Shown: positions 52,099-60,032 of the stretch, in pieces
Position numbering within the stretch: the first letter of the stretch is position 1
Layout of the letters: the number at the start of each line of letters is the position of its first letter
IMG/VR virus record: IMGVR_UViG_3300031964_000784
Length of the DNA: 64,000 nucleotides
DNA from: a virus
Strand: one strand, 5' to 3'
Translations under genes and position numbers: made by a program
The notes under the pieces: model-generated
Databases searched by the model: none
Seen by the model: only the letters and a program-made list of their open reading frames with translations
Told to the model about the DNA's origin: nothing

Positions 52099-52977
52099 AT
52101 GAAATTTAGCAAACTTTTGCAGTTCTTGTTGTTCGGCATCGCCTCCATGAAAATGGGTATCGACGGCGATGGTGGTGGCGACGGTGGCGCAGCCGCCGCA
52201 GCAGCAGCCGACGCAGCCGCAGCAAAGGCGGCAGAAGACGCCGCAGCGGCAGCCGCATCAGCAAAAACGGGCGACCCCGCCAAGCCAAGCGACCAGGAGG
52301 CGAAGCTCATAAAGGAAGTGATGCAGAAGAAAGAGGCGCTGCAACGTCAGCAAGCCGAATTTGACGCATTCAAAAAGCAGTACGAGGGCATTGATCCGGT
52401 CGCGGTAAAGGCCATGCTCGACGCGCAGAAGGAAGCGGAAACAAAGGCGCTCGAAGCAAAAGGCGAATGGGATCGTCTGAAACTGCGCATGGCGGACGAA
52501 CACGGCAAACAAACCAAAACCTTGCAAGAGCAAATCGACGCGCTGAAAGGCGAACTTGGCGCCAAGGATGGAGCGATCAACGAACTGTCGGTCGGTTCAT
52601 CGTTCGCGCAAAGCCCCTTCATCGCCGGCGAACTGACGCTGACACCATCGAAGGCTCGCGTTGTTTATTCCAGCCACTTCGAACTGGTCGACGGCAAAGT
52701 CGTAGGGTACGACAAGCCGAAGGGTGCCGCGAACCGTACCGCGTTGGTTGACAGCTTGGGCAATCCAGTCGCATTCGACGAAGCCTTGCGCAAGATCGTC
52801 GACACCGACCCGGATAAGGACTCGCTGCTGAAGAGCAAGGTCAAACCTGGCGCCGACTCACACAGTAAGAATGGTGTGGTCGTGAAGTCTCAACAGCAAG
52901 GCGAGCAATCGTCGCTGTCGAAAATCCAGCAAGGTCTGAAAAGCCTGAACGTGGTCAACAACAAGACGCCTTTATAG
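52099..52977 (+). CDS. capsid scaffolding protein
   Basis: Ala-rich N-terminus, coiled coil (KEVMQKKE...), position before capsid gene. Confidence 0.75.
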   Translation: MKFSKLLQFLLFGIASMKMGIDGDGGGDGGAAAAAAADAAAAKAAEDAAAAAASAKTGDPAKPSDQEAKLIKEVMQKKEALQRQQAEFDAFKKQYEGIDPVAVKAMLDAQKEAETKALEAKGEWDRLKLRMADEHGKQTKTLQEQIDALKGELGAKDGAINELSVGSSFAQSPFIAGELTLTPSKARVVYSSHFELVDGKVVGYDKPKGAANRTALVDSLGNPVAFDEALRKIVDTDPDKDSLLKSKVKPGADSHSKNGVVVKSQQQGEQSSLSKIQQGLKSLNVVNNKTPL

Positions 52978-52988
52978 CCGACATAGGA

Positions 52989-53032
52989 TAAGTCACGGGT
53001 GACTTTACTTTAACGGGCTTTTGTGTTATTGT
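52989..53032 (+). promoter_or_regulatory. capsid promoter with operator over -35
   Basis: TAAGTCA-CGGG-TGACTTT; TTTACT-17-TATTGT (extended TG). Confidence 0.8.
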
Positions 53033-53112
53033 TCCGTCATCCGTGACTTAGAGCGACTTAGGCATCGGCGAGTAACTTTACTGAATTTTTATTTTTATAA
53101 GGACATTCAAAA

Positions 53113-54027
53113 ATGCCTCTGTTAGCTTCCGAAGCCGCGCTACTGAGTAATAACCAGCTCGTCGCGGGCGTAATCGATCAGATCATCGAACGCGATGATA
53201 TGTTCTCCATTTTGCCGTTCGTCAAGGTTAATTCCAAGGCGTACGTGTATAACCGCGAAAACACACTCGGTACTGCCGATTGGTTGTCGCCGTATGCTGA
53301 CGTGAACGAATCCAGCTCGAACTTCACCGAAGTTATCGCTTCGCTGAAAATCCTGGCTGGCGACGTTGACGTGGACAAGTTCCTACAAACGACCGAAAGC
53401 GACACCAATGACCAGATGGCGATTCAGATCGCCAAAAAGGCAAAGGGCGTTGGCCTGATGTTCCATCAAGCCCTGGCTACCGGTTCGAGCGCGACCAACC
53501 CTAACCAATTCGACGGTTTGTCTTCGCTGGCGGCGCAAGCTGGCGGCACACAGATCGTTTCGGCTGGCGCCAACGGTAATGCGTTGACGTTGACCATGCT
53601 GGACGAATTGTGTGACGCGGTGCCGAACGGCGCTGACGTGATTGTGATGCGACGGGGTACGATCCGTGCATATCGTGCGTTGCTCCGCGCAACCTACGGT
53701 ACTGACGCAGTGCTGCAAATGATGGAAAACTTCGGTCGCCCGATGTTGACCCATAACGGCATTCCAGTGATCATGAACGAATTCTTGTCTGGCACTGAAA
53801 CCGCCGGTACAAGCGCTGGAAATACCTGCTCGGTCTACGCTTTGCGTTTGAACGAACTGGACGGCTTGCATGGTCTGTATGGTGGCGACAACGCCGGTAT
53901 CGTGGTTGAGAACGTCGGCACTGTTCAAACCAAAGATGCAACTCGCATCCGTTTGAAATGGTACTGCGGCTTGGCGCTGAAATCGACTCGTTCGATCGGC
54001 CAACTGTCGGGCGTAACAAACATCTAA
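53113..54027 (+). CDS. major capsid protein (HK97 fold)
   Basis: LPFVKV...YNRE, GDVDVDKF, FDGL, LDELCDAV, RIRLKWYCGLA. Confidence 0.9.
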   Translation: MPLLASEAALLSNNQLVAGVIDQIIERDDMFSILPFVKVNSKAYVYNRENTLGTADWLSPYADVNESSSNFTEVIASLKILAGDVDVDKFLQTTESDTNDQMAIQIAKKAKGVGLMFHQALATGSSATNPNQFDGLSSLAAQAGGTQIVSAGANGNALTLTMLDELCDAVPNGADVIVMRRGTIRAYRALLRATYGTDAVLQMMENFGRPMLTHNGIPVIMNEFLSGTETAGTSAGNTCSVYALRLNELDGLHGLYGGDNAGIVVENVGTVQTKDATRIRLKWYCGLALKSTRSIGQLSGVTNI

Positions 54028-54035
54028 GTTTGCGC

Positions 54036-54064
54036 TTGCAGATAAGTCACGACTGACTTAGAAT
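54036..54064 (+). promoter_or_regulatory. promoter with perfect operator in the spacer
   Basis: TTGCAG-17-TAGAAT; TAAGTCA-CGAC-TGACTTA. Confidence 0.85.
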
Positions 54065-54095
54065 AAGGCGGGTTCGCAAGACCCGCCTTTTTTTT
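54065..54095 (+). terminator. intrinsic terminator after capsid gene
   Basis: AAGGCGGGT-TCGCAAG-ACCCGCCTT-T-tract. Confidence 0.85.
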
Positions 54096-54113
54096 ACATT
54101 TAAAGGAACCGCA

Positions 54114-55004
54114 GTGAATCTTCAACTGACCCAAGCAGGCTACACCAATTTCACGGGCTTTATCGGCCCCGTACAGTTCATCAATGGCATTTCCGTCACC
54201 AGTCTGACCGACTCGATGCGCTCCGGCATCGCCGCCGTGTACGCGTGCAGCGACTACAACGCCACCACATCGACCGCAGTGTCAGCAAAAGACGTTACCA
54301 ACCCTGCCTTTAACCCCTTCGACATTTCCGGCGACACGGGCGCAATGGCGACAGCGGTCGGCAGCTACGACTTTGTGCAAGGGCTGGCAACCGTAACCAC
54401 GGCAGCAGCACTCGCGGCGGCAGCAACAGCACCAAGCAACATCGAAGTCACCGCAACGACCACACCGGCGGAACAAGCAATCATCCAGGCGCAAATGGAA
54501 GCTCTTGGCTTGCCAGTCATCATCCAGCCGAACGGCACCGTCTACAGCCCACCCGCAACAGTCTACGTGGCACCAGCGGCAGTGCCTCCAACTGGATGGC
54601 CGGCAGCGGCAGTCGGCGGTGCGGCAGAGGCGACCAATACCACTTCCGCAACTGAACAGGCGCAGATTGCCATTGACGCCCTTGCAGCGACGGCAGCGTT
54701 GACTGCGGCAAAGACTGCTTTGACAACAGCCCAAGCGGTTGAAGTGACGGCAAATTCAGCGTTAGCGGCAGCGCAATCGGCCAACGACACGGCGCAAGCA
54801 CTGTCCACCGAAGCGGCGAACGTTGAACTGGCAACGCCAAGTACCGGCAACGCAGCAGCAGCTACCGCAGCCGCCGCCGCCGCAGCAGCAACCGTGACCG
54901 CACTGGAAACTGCCCAAGAGGCCGCGACAGCAGCAGCTAAAGCGGTCAATGCAGCGGAAGATCAGTTGGCGGCCGCATCTATCCAAACCGGCGTTGTGAA
55001 CTAA
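54114..55004 (+). CDS. Ala/Thr-rich virion-associated protein (putative head fibre/decoration)
   Basis: N-terminus paralogous to 55017; long Ala-rich helical C-terminus. Confidence 0.55.
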   Translation: MNLQLTQAGYTNFTGFIGPVQFINGISVTSLTDSMRSGIAAVYACSDYNATTSTAVSAKDVTNPAFNPFDISGDTGAMATAVGSYDFVQGLATVTTAAALAAAATAPSNIEVTATTTPAEQAIIQAQMEALGLPVIIQPNGTVYSPPATVYVAPAAVPPTGWPAAAVGGAAEATNTTSATEQAQIAIDALAATAALTAAKTALTTAQAVEVTANSALAAAQSANDTAQALSTEAANVELATPSTGNAAAATAAAAAAAATVTALETAQEAATAAAKAVNAAEDQLAAASIQTGVVN

Positions 55005-55016
55005 TAGGAATACGAC

Positions 55017-55457
55017 ATGAAACTTAGATTAACTCAGCCTGGCTTCAGTAACTACAACGGTCAAATGGGCGTTGTGTTTTACGAAGCAGGCTTATCTAAG
55101 GGCGATGTTAGCGTAATGGATGCCGTTCGCATTTCGGCATCCATGCTCTGCGAGTGGGAGGACGGATCTAAACCATCCGTCACCCAATCGTTACTGGACA
55201 ACGCCAATACGCCCGCACCGATGTTCAAAACGGGCGCACAGGGTCAGCACGACTTGGCGCCTCAGAAAGACAGGCCCGTACAGGCCCAAGCGACTACGAA
55301 ATCCACCTATACGGTGGAAGAGTTGAGCGCGGTTGCTGACGCGGACGGCATTAGAGGGCTGCGCAAGATTGCCGACCCTCTCGGCATCAAAAGCAACTCG
55401 ATTGCGGAAATGATTAACGCGATCATCAATGCAACCCAGGCGCCAGCAAAGAGCTAA
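55017..55457 (+). CDS. virion morphogenesis protein
   Basis: MKLRLTQPGFSNYNGQMG; C-terminal small helical domain (GLRKIADPLGIK.NSI). Confidence 0.6.
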   Translation: MKLRLTQPGFSNYNGQMGVVFYEAGLSKGDVSVMDAVRISASMLCEWEDGSKPSVTQSLLDNANTPAPMFKTGAQGQHDLAPQKDRPVQAQATTKSTYTVEELSAVADADGIRGLRKIADPLGIKSNSIAEMINAIINATQAPAKS

Positions 55458-55460
55458 GAA

Positions 55461-56354
55461 ATGAAGACCTACCTGCAAGGAACGGCGGTCACGCTGACAA
55501 TCCCGCTCGTTGATCGGGCCGGAACCCCGCTCAACGTAGCCTCCATCGCCTATTACGTGGTTGACCAGGCCGGAAGCTACGTTTCTGACGACATCGAGGT
55601 GGAAGGGATCGTCGCGGTAACGTCAACATCGGTTCCGCTGGCGCCACTTGCAGGCTTCATCGCCGGCTCACCAACAGCAGTCGTCACCATGTCGCCAACC
55701 ATCAACACGATGGCGACATACAGCACGGCAGAGCTGCGCAACGTCCAGTTGCAGTGTACGCTGGCCGACGGCAACACGATTCTGGTCAGTGAAGCGTACG
55801 CGGTAACCCTGGCAGATCCATTGCAGGTCGGCATTAATTCGTTCATGACCTACGCCAACGCGGAATTCACCGCATTGAGCATTCCCAACATCCCAGGATG
55901 GGATGGCGCATCAGACAAAGACCGGATTGCTGCGCTAATCGACGCCCGCAGTCACATTTGCCAATTGAACTTCAGCCAACTGAATTCGAACGTGAATTGG
56001 GGCCAGGACAGCCTGTCATACGTTCCAGAGGGAACATACCCGACCAATTTCGCATCACCGGATGGCATGTTCCTGTTTAGCGGGAATCTGTCGTTCTTGA
56101 CGGTCGAGCAATTCGTCCAACTGCCGCCGCGCTTCCTAAACGCGCTGTACCTGGCGCAAGTAGCCGAAGCAGATGACATCTTGCAGGGCGATCCGGTAGT
56201 CAAGCGTCGGCAGGAGGGCATGATGCTTGAATCGATCGGCGAGTCCAAGCAAATGTATCGCCCCAGCAAGCCGCTTCAGCTCCCATGCTGCCGCCGCGCA
56301 CTAGGCTACCTGTCGTACTTCCTGTCATTTACCAAGGGGCTGACGCGCCGATGA
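55461..56354 (+). CDS. head-tail adaptor-like protein
   Basis: Position; NSFMTYANAE...AALIDARSHI pattern. Confidence 0.6.
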   Translation: MKTYLQGTAVTLTIPLVDRAGTPLNVASIAYYVVDQAGSYVSDDIEVEGIVAVTSTSVPLAPLAGFIAGSPTAVVTMSPTINTMATYSTAELRNVQLQCTLADGNTILVSEAYAVTLADPLQVGINSFMTYANAEFTALSIPNIPGWDGASDKDRIAALIDARSHICQLNFSQLNSNVNWGQDSLSYVPEGTYPTNFASPDGMFLFSGNLSFLTVEQFVQLPPRFLNALYLAQVAEADDILQGDPVVKRRQEGMMLESIGESKQMYRPSKPLQLPCCRRALGYLSYFLSFTKGLTRR

Positions 56355-57028
56355 ACAAGTACGACCAATTTGCCGCGCAACTGAGCGATGGCTACAAACT
56401 GTTTGCGCTGGCCCTGACCGGAATGTTCGCACAGACCGTCGCGGCAGGCGTCTCGCCCCATTCGATTACTCGGCTACAAAGCGACGGACTGCAAGCGGTC
56501 AACTCGTTCATGCAGATGTCCAGTGAATCGATCGACCACTACTTGATTACGATCGACGATGGCGTTGTCACGCGCTCGATGCGCGACCGTCAAAGCGCTT
56601 TTCTGGTCACGCTACGGGCGCTCACTACAAAAAACCTGACCAACACGGTGTTGCGCGCAAAAGGATCAACTACAGGGTTCGGCCAGATGCTCAAGGAAAC
56701 GGGCGCGGGCCTCTTCGAAGCACTGATGAAAAAGCGCATGGAGCAACCCTTCACCGCACGCGACTCTGCCGGCCGCAACTGGAATGCAGGCGCGCTGGTT
56801 AGAACCCAGGCCCGCGACCTGGCCTATCAGACCCTTATCGACTCACAAGCGGCAAAGATTGGCACGACCAGCGATCTGGCATCGGTATCGTACAGCGACA
56901 ATATGCACGACTTCTTTGGCCTGCGCTTGTCTCTCACCGGGGCAACACCCGGCTTTCAGACGCTTGCTTCGGTACGGGCGAAGGTTTTTCACCCCAACGC
57001 AAATGCGGAATTGGTGCCGTATGTTTAG
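56351..57028 (+). CDS. virion morphogenesis protein (minor capsid-like)
   Basis: ATGA overlap; RDSAGRNW...FHPNA. Confidence 0.55.
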   Translation: MNKYDQFAAQLSDGYKLFALALTGMFAQTVAAGVSPHSITRLQSDGLQAVNSFMQMSSESIDHYLITIDDGVVTRSMRDRQSAFLVTLRALTTKNLTNTVLRAKGSTTGFGQMLKETGAGLFEALMKKRMEQPFTARDSAGRNWNAGALVRTQARDLAYQTLIDSQAAKIGTTSDLASVSYSDNMHDFFGLRLSLTGATPGFQTLASVRAKVFHPNANAELVPYV

Positions 57029-57371
57029 ACCCAATGCCTACTGCACAATCCAACTGAGCGACGGCACAACGGATGTGTACGGTCAGCCGACCCCAGGATC
57101 TACCGTCACCGAGCGCTGCGCAGTCGTTAAGTTGATGATCGAAAACGAGAAGTCCTCGGTACGCGCAGACAGCTCCGCATCACGCGGCAGCGCCCTTGAG
57201 TTGGAAACGACCTCGGTCATTCTTCTGACGGCGCTAACAAAGGCGCATATCGACGACATCGTGACGATCGACGGCTACAGCTTCCGTGTCAAGGGTATGT
57301 GGCCGCGCGCCAATGTGATGGGCAAGCTCGACCACTACCAGACCGACTTAACCATGTGGGCGTCGACATGA
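57021..57371 (+). CDS. head-tail joining/closure-like protein
   Basis: Position, size, DVYGQP...G.LDHY. Confidence 0.55.
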   Translation: MFRPNAYCTIQLSDGTTDVYGQPTPGSTVTERCAVVKLMIENEKSSVRADSSASRGSALELETTSVILLTALTKAHIDDIVTIDGYSFRVKGMWPRANVMGKLDHYQTDLTMWAST

Positions 57372-57757
57372 ACCTTATGCCGCTTATTACCCTCCTGCAA
57401 ACAAGTGGGCTGGGCGTACCAGGACAGACGATTTTTCTCAACATGATGCCAGCGGAGGCGGATTCGGCTATTCTGCTGCGCAATCCGCTGTCGGGCACCA
57501 AAATCGACTATGAACTGCCGGACTATTATAGGTCTCAGTTTCAATTGATCGTACGAGGCAAGAGCTACAAGGCAGCGCAAGCGGTATCCGACCAGGCGAT
57601 CGCGGCGCTCACACTTGTCAATACGCAGGTTGGGACGCTGTACTTCAACTTCTGCCGACCAAAGACAGAACCGGTGGCGTTCCCGCTATCCAAAGGTAAC
57701 CTGATTGAGTTCAACGTCAACTTTGAAGTCAACTTCGTCGATACGACTCCTCCATAA
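57368..57757 (+). CDS. tail terminator/minor capsid-like protein
   Basis: TIFLNMMP...FQLIVRG..Y...FNVNF. Confidence 0.55.
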   Translation: MNLMPLITLLQTSGLGVPGQTIFLNMMPAEADSAILLRNPLSGTKIDYELPDYYRSQFQLIVRGKSYKAAQAVSDQAIAALTLVNTQVGTLYFNFCRPKTEPVAFPLSKGNLIEFNVNFEVNFVDTTPP

Positions 57758-58263
57758 TGGCTGTCGAATACGAAGGCACTGATGAAGTAATTCTCAGCTT
57801 CAAGCGCGTCGATCTGACCGCGCGGAACCTGTCGATGAAAAAGCTGATCGAGGCGGGCGCCGCCATTCAAGAACTCGCACAGAAGTTCGCCCCAAGGGAC
57901 GAGGCTAACCTGGAAAACGCGATCATGATGACGCCAGATCCAGATGCGTCACAGCCGCGTGGCGTCAATGGTCAGTTCGGAAGTTGGGCCGGAACCGAAG
58001 TAACGGTGTATGTCGATGGCGATGCACCTGTGCCAGAGCGCCCAGGCAAGACAGTTGGCGACTATGCCTACGAGCAGGAAACGCACCTTGAACCTGCTGG
58101 TAATTGGCAGCTCGGCGAAGGGTCGAGGCAAAAGCAGGATGGTCAGTCCGAAACTGTCGGTGGCGCCTATATGGAACGGGCATTCGATCAGATCACCGAG
58201 GGCGGCTTTCTGGATGACGCGCTATCGGTTTGCCTGACAGAGATTGTTGAATCGTTAAGCTAG
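57757..58263 (+). CDS. HK97 gp10-like tail completion protein
   Basis: AQKFAPRDEANLENAI...YAYEQE...GAYMERAF. Confidence 0.6.
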   Translation: MAVEYEGTDEVILSFKRVDLTARNLSMKKLIEAGAAIQELAQKFAPRDEANLENAIMMTPDPDASQPRGVNGQFGSWAGTEVTVYVDGDAPVPERPGKTVGDYAYEQETHLEPAGNWQLGEGSRQKQDGQSETVGGAYMERAFDQITEGGFLDDALSVCLTEIVESLS

Positions 58264-58280
58264 GAAGTTAGTCTGTTTTG

Positions 58281-58306
58281 TGGTATAGTAAGTCACCACT
58301 GAGTTA
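58281..58306 (+). promoter_or_regulatory. tail tube promoter (extended -10) with operator
   Basis: TGgTATAGT; TAAGTCA-CCAC-TGAGTTA 58289-58306. Confidence 0.8.
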
Positions 58307-58341
58307 TCTGGCACCCATACACCCTTTGCTAAGGAAATTTC

Positions 58342-59202
58342 ATGAGCGATACAAGAAACGTAAAACTTGGCGTCTGCCAGGTGCTTTACAATGGCGTTGA
58401 TCTTGGGTACACCCAAGGCGGCGTTGAAGTAACCGTTAAGACGGATACCCACAAGGTCAACGTCGATCAATTCGGTAAGTCGACCATCAACGAATACATC
58501 CTCGGTCGCGATATTAGCGCCAAGGTGCCGCTGGCTGAAACCACGCTGCAAAACTTGATCACGATTATGCCTGGCTCGATCATGGTAACCACCGGCGGCG
58601 GCGCTGCGGCATCCGGCTCGATTACCGTTGTCACTCAACCAGCTTCCGGCAGCACCATCGTCGTCAATGGCGTCACCTTCACGTTCGTCAGCGAACTGAC
58701 CGGCGCAAACAACCAAGTGCTACTAGGCAGCACCGTCGCCGCTACCGCAGCCGCATTGAACGAAGCGCTGGTATCTTGCACTTCGTTCGGTCAATTTGCA
58801 GCGGTATCGGAAGCGTCGTACGAAGTCACTGGTGCAGTTGTTGGCGTTACCTTCAACGTGACGGCGGCCGCTGGCAATGCGTTCACGCTTGGAGCAGGAA
58901 CAGCAGGCGCCGCAATCACGATGTCCGGCACAACTCTGTTGGGTGGCACCGATGGTATCAACGACTACGTTGCGGTCTCGAACGGCATCGGCACCAACCT
59001 GTTGACCAACGCGAAGCCACTGCGTCTGCACCCCGTTTCCAACGCAATTGGCGACACTTCGGACGATTTGGTGATTCCGTTGGCCGCAACTGCCGGCGCG
59101 TTGACCTTTGCCTACAACTTGGAAAAAGAGCGAATTTACAACGTCGACTTCAACGGCTACCCGAACTCGTCTACCGGCCAACTTTTTACGGTTGGAAACT
59201 AA
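58342..59202 (+). CDS. major tail tube protein with inserted domain
   Basis: VKLGVCQVLYNGVDLGYTQGGVEV...ERIYNVDFNGY; central Gly/Ala/Thr-rich insert. Confidence 0.8.
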   Translation: MSDTRNVKLGVCQVLYNGVDLGYTQGGVEVTVKTDTHKVNVDQFGKSTINEYILGRDISAKVPLAETTLQNLITIMPGSIMVTTGGGAAASGSITVVTQPASGSTIVVNGVTFTFVSELTGANNQVLLGSTVAATAAALNEALVSCTSFGQFAAVSEASYEVTGAVVGVTFNVTAAAGNAFTLGAGTAGAAITMSGTTLLGGTDGINDYVAVSNGIGTNLLTNAKPLRLHPVSNAIGDTSDDLVIPLAATAGALTFAYNLEKERIYNVDFNGYPNSSTGQLFTVGN

Positions 59203-59217
59203 GTCACAGGTGACTTA
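59200..59217. promoter_or_regulatory. perfect palindromic operator
   Basis: TAAGTCA-CAGG-TGACTTA; TAA is the tail tube stop codon. Confidence 0.8.
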
Positions 59218-59280
59218 AGCTAACTTTCAACCCAACCAAGCCCCGTCTTTTGGCGGGGCTTATTCACAAGGAAATACCAA

Positions 59281-59676
59281 ATGGCAAAGATTCTGAACCT
59301 TGACGCACTGACGCCGGCAGAGACACGCGAGTTAGTGCTTGGCGGCATCACGTACACGATTCCAGAAATGACCGTCGAGAACTTCATTCTGACGACTCAA
59401 GCAGCTCAAGCAATCCCCAAAGACGCAACCCTGGACGTGCAGATTGAAGCCACGGTCGACATGCTCGTGCGTAGCGTTCCCAACCTGCCGCGCGAGGCAT
59501 TGACTGGCGTTCCCTTGACTACCCTTTCCCAGATCGCCGCATTTGTTCGCGGTAACGATGTCCCAGATCAAACCGACACTTCCGCGCCAGCTCCGGCAGT
59601 CGCGACAGATGAAACTCCGGCGGCTGACCCGGCCTCAGACGCAACGCCAGATGGAGCGGCGCCAGCGGGAAACTAA
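59281..59676 (+). CDS. tail assembly chaperone (G-like)
   Basis: Between tail tube and tape measure; ends at slippery G GGA AAC. Confidence 0.8.
   Translation: MAKILNLDALTPAETRELVLGGITYTIPEMTVENFILTTQAAQAIPKDATLDVQIEATVDMLVRSVPNLPREALTGVPLTTLSQIAAFVRGNDVPDQTDTSAPAPAVATDETPAADPASDATPDGAAPAGN
59667..59673 (+). other. programmed -1 ribosomal frameshift site
   Basis: G GGA AAC in X XXY YYZ phase immediately before TAA; -1 frame is open to 60020. Confidence 0.85.
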
Positions 59677-60020
59677 CCGGCCCGAAGATTGAAGAAATCG
59701 ATTTCGGTTTCTTCTTCTGTCGGGTCATGCACTTTTATTCAATAAGTTACGCCGAAATGATGACGCTCCGGCTCAAGGCGTTTTGGCTTTTGAGTGGAAA
59801 CGTCGACCGAGTGATGGCGCAGGCAGATATGCGCAAGTTGACCATTGCTGTATGCGGGCAGGCTGGCGAAGCTGCAAAAGAATACAGAAAGCAACTGGTC
59901 ATCGAAATCGGGACGATTGTAAAGGCGGAAACAGTAGCGCAAAACGCGCCTTTGCCCTATGAAGCCGAACGTGACGTGGCTGGTTTTGAGGGGTTAAGGA
60001 TGCTTTCAAAAATGTTATAG
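59667..60020 (+). CDS. tail assembly chaperone frameshift extension (GT-like)
   Basis: -1 frame reads GKLTGPKIEEIDFGFFFCRVMHFYSISY... Confidence 0.75.
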   Translation, partial: GKLTGPKIEEIDFGFFFCRVMHFYSISYAEMMTLRLKAFWLLSGNVDRVMAQADMRKLTIAVCGQAGEAAKEYRKQLVIEIGTIVKAETVAQNAPLPYEAERDVAGFEGLRMLSKML

Positions 60021-60032
60021 TTCGAGGTCAGC

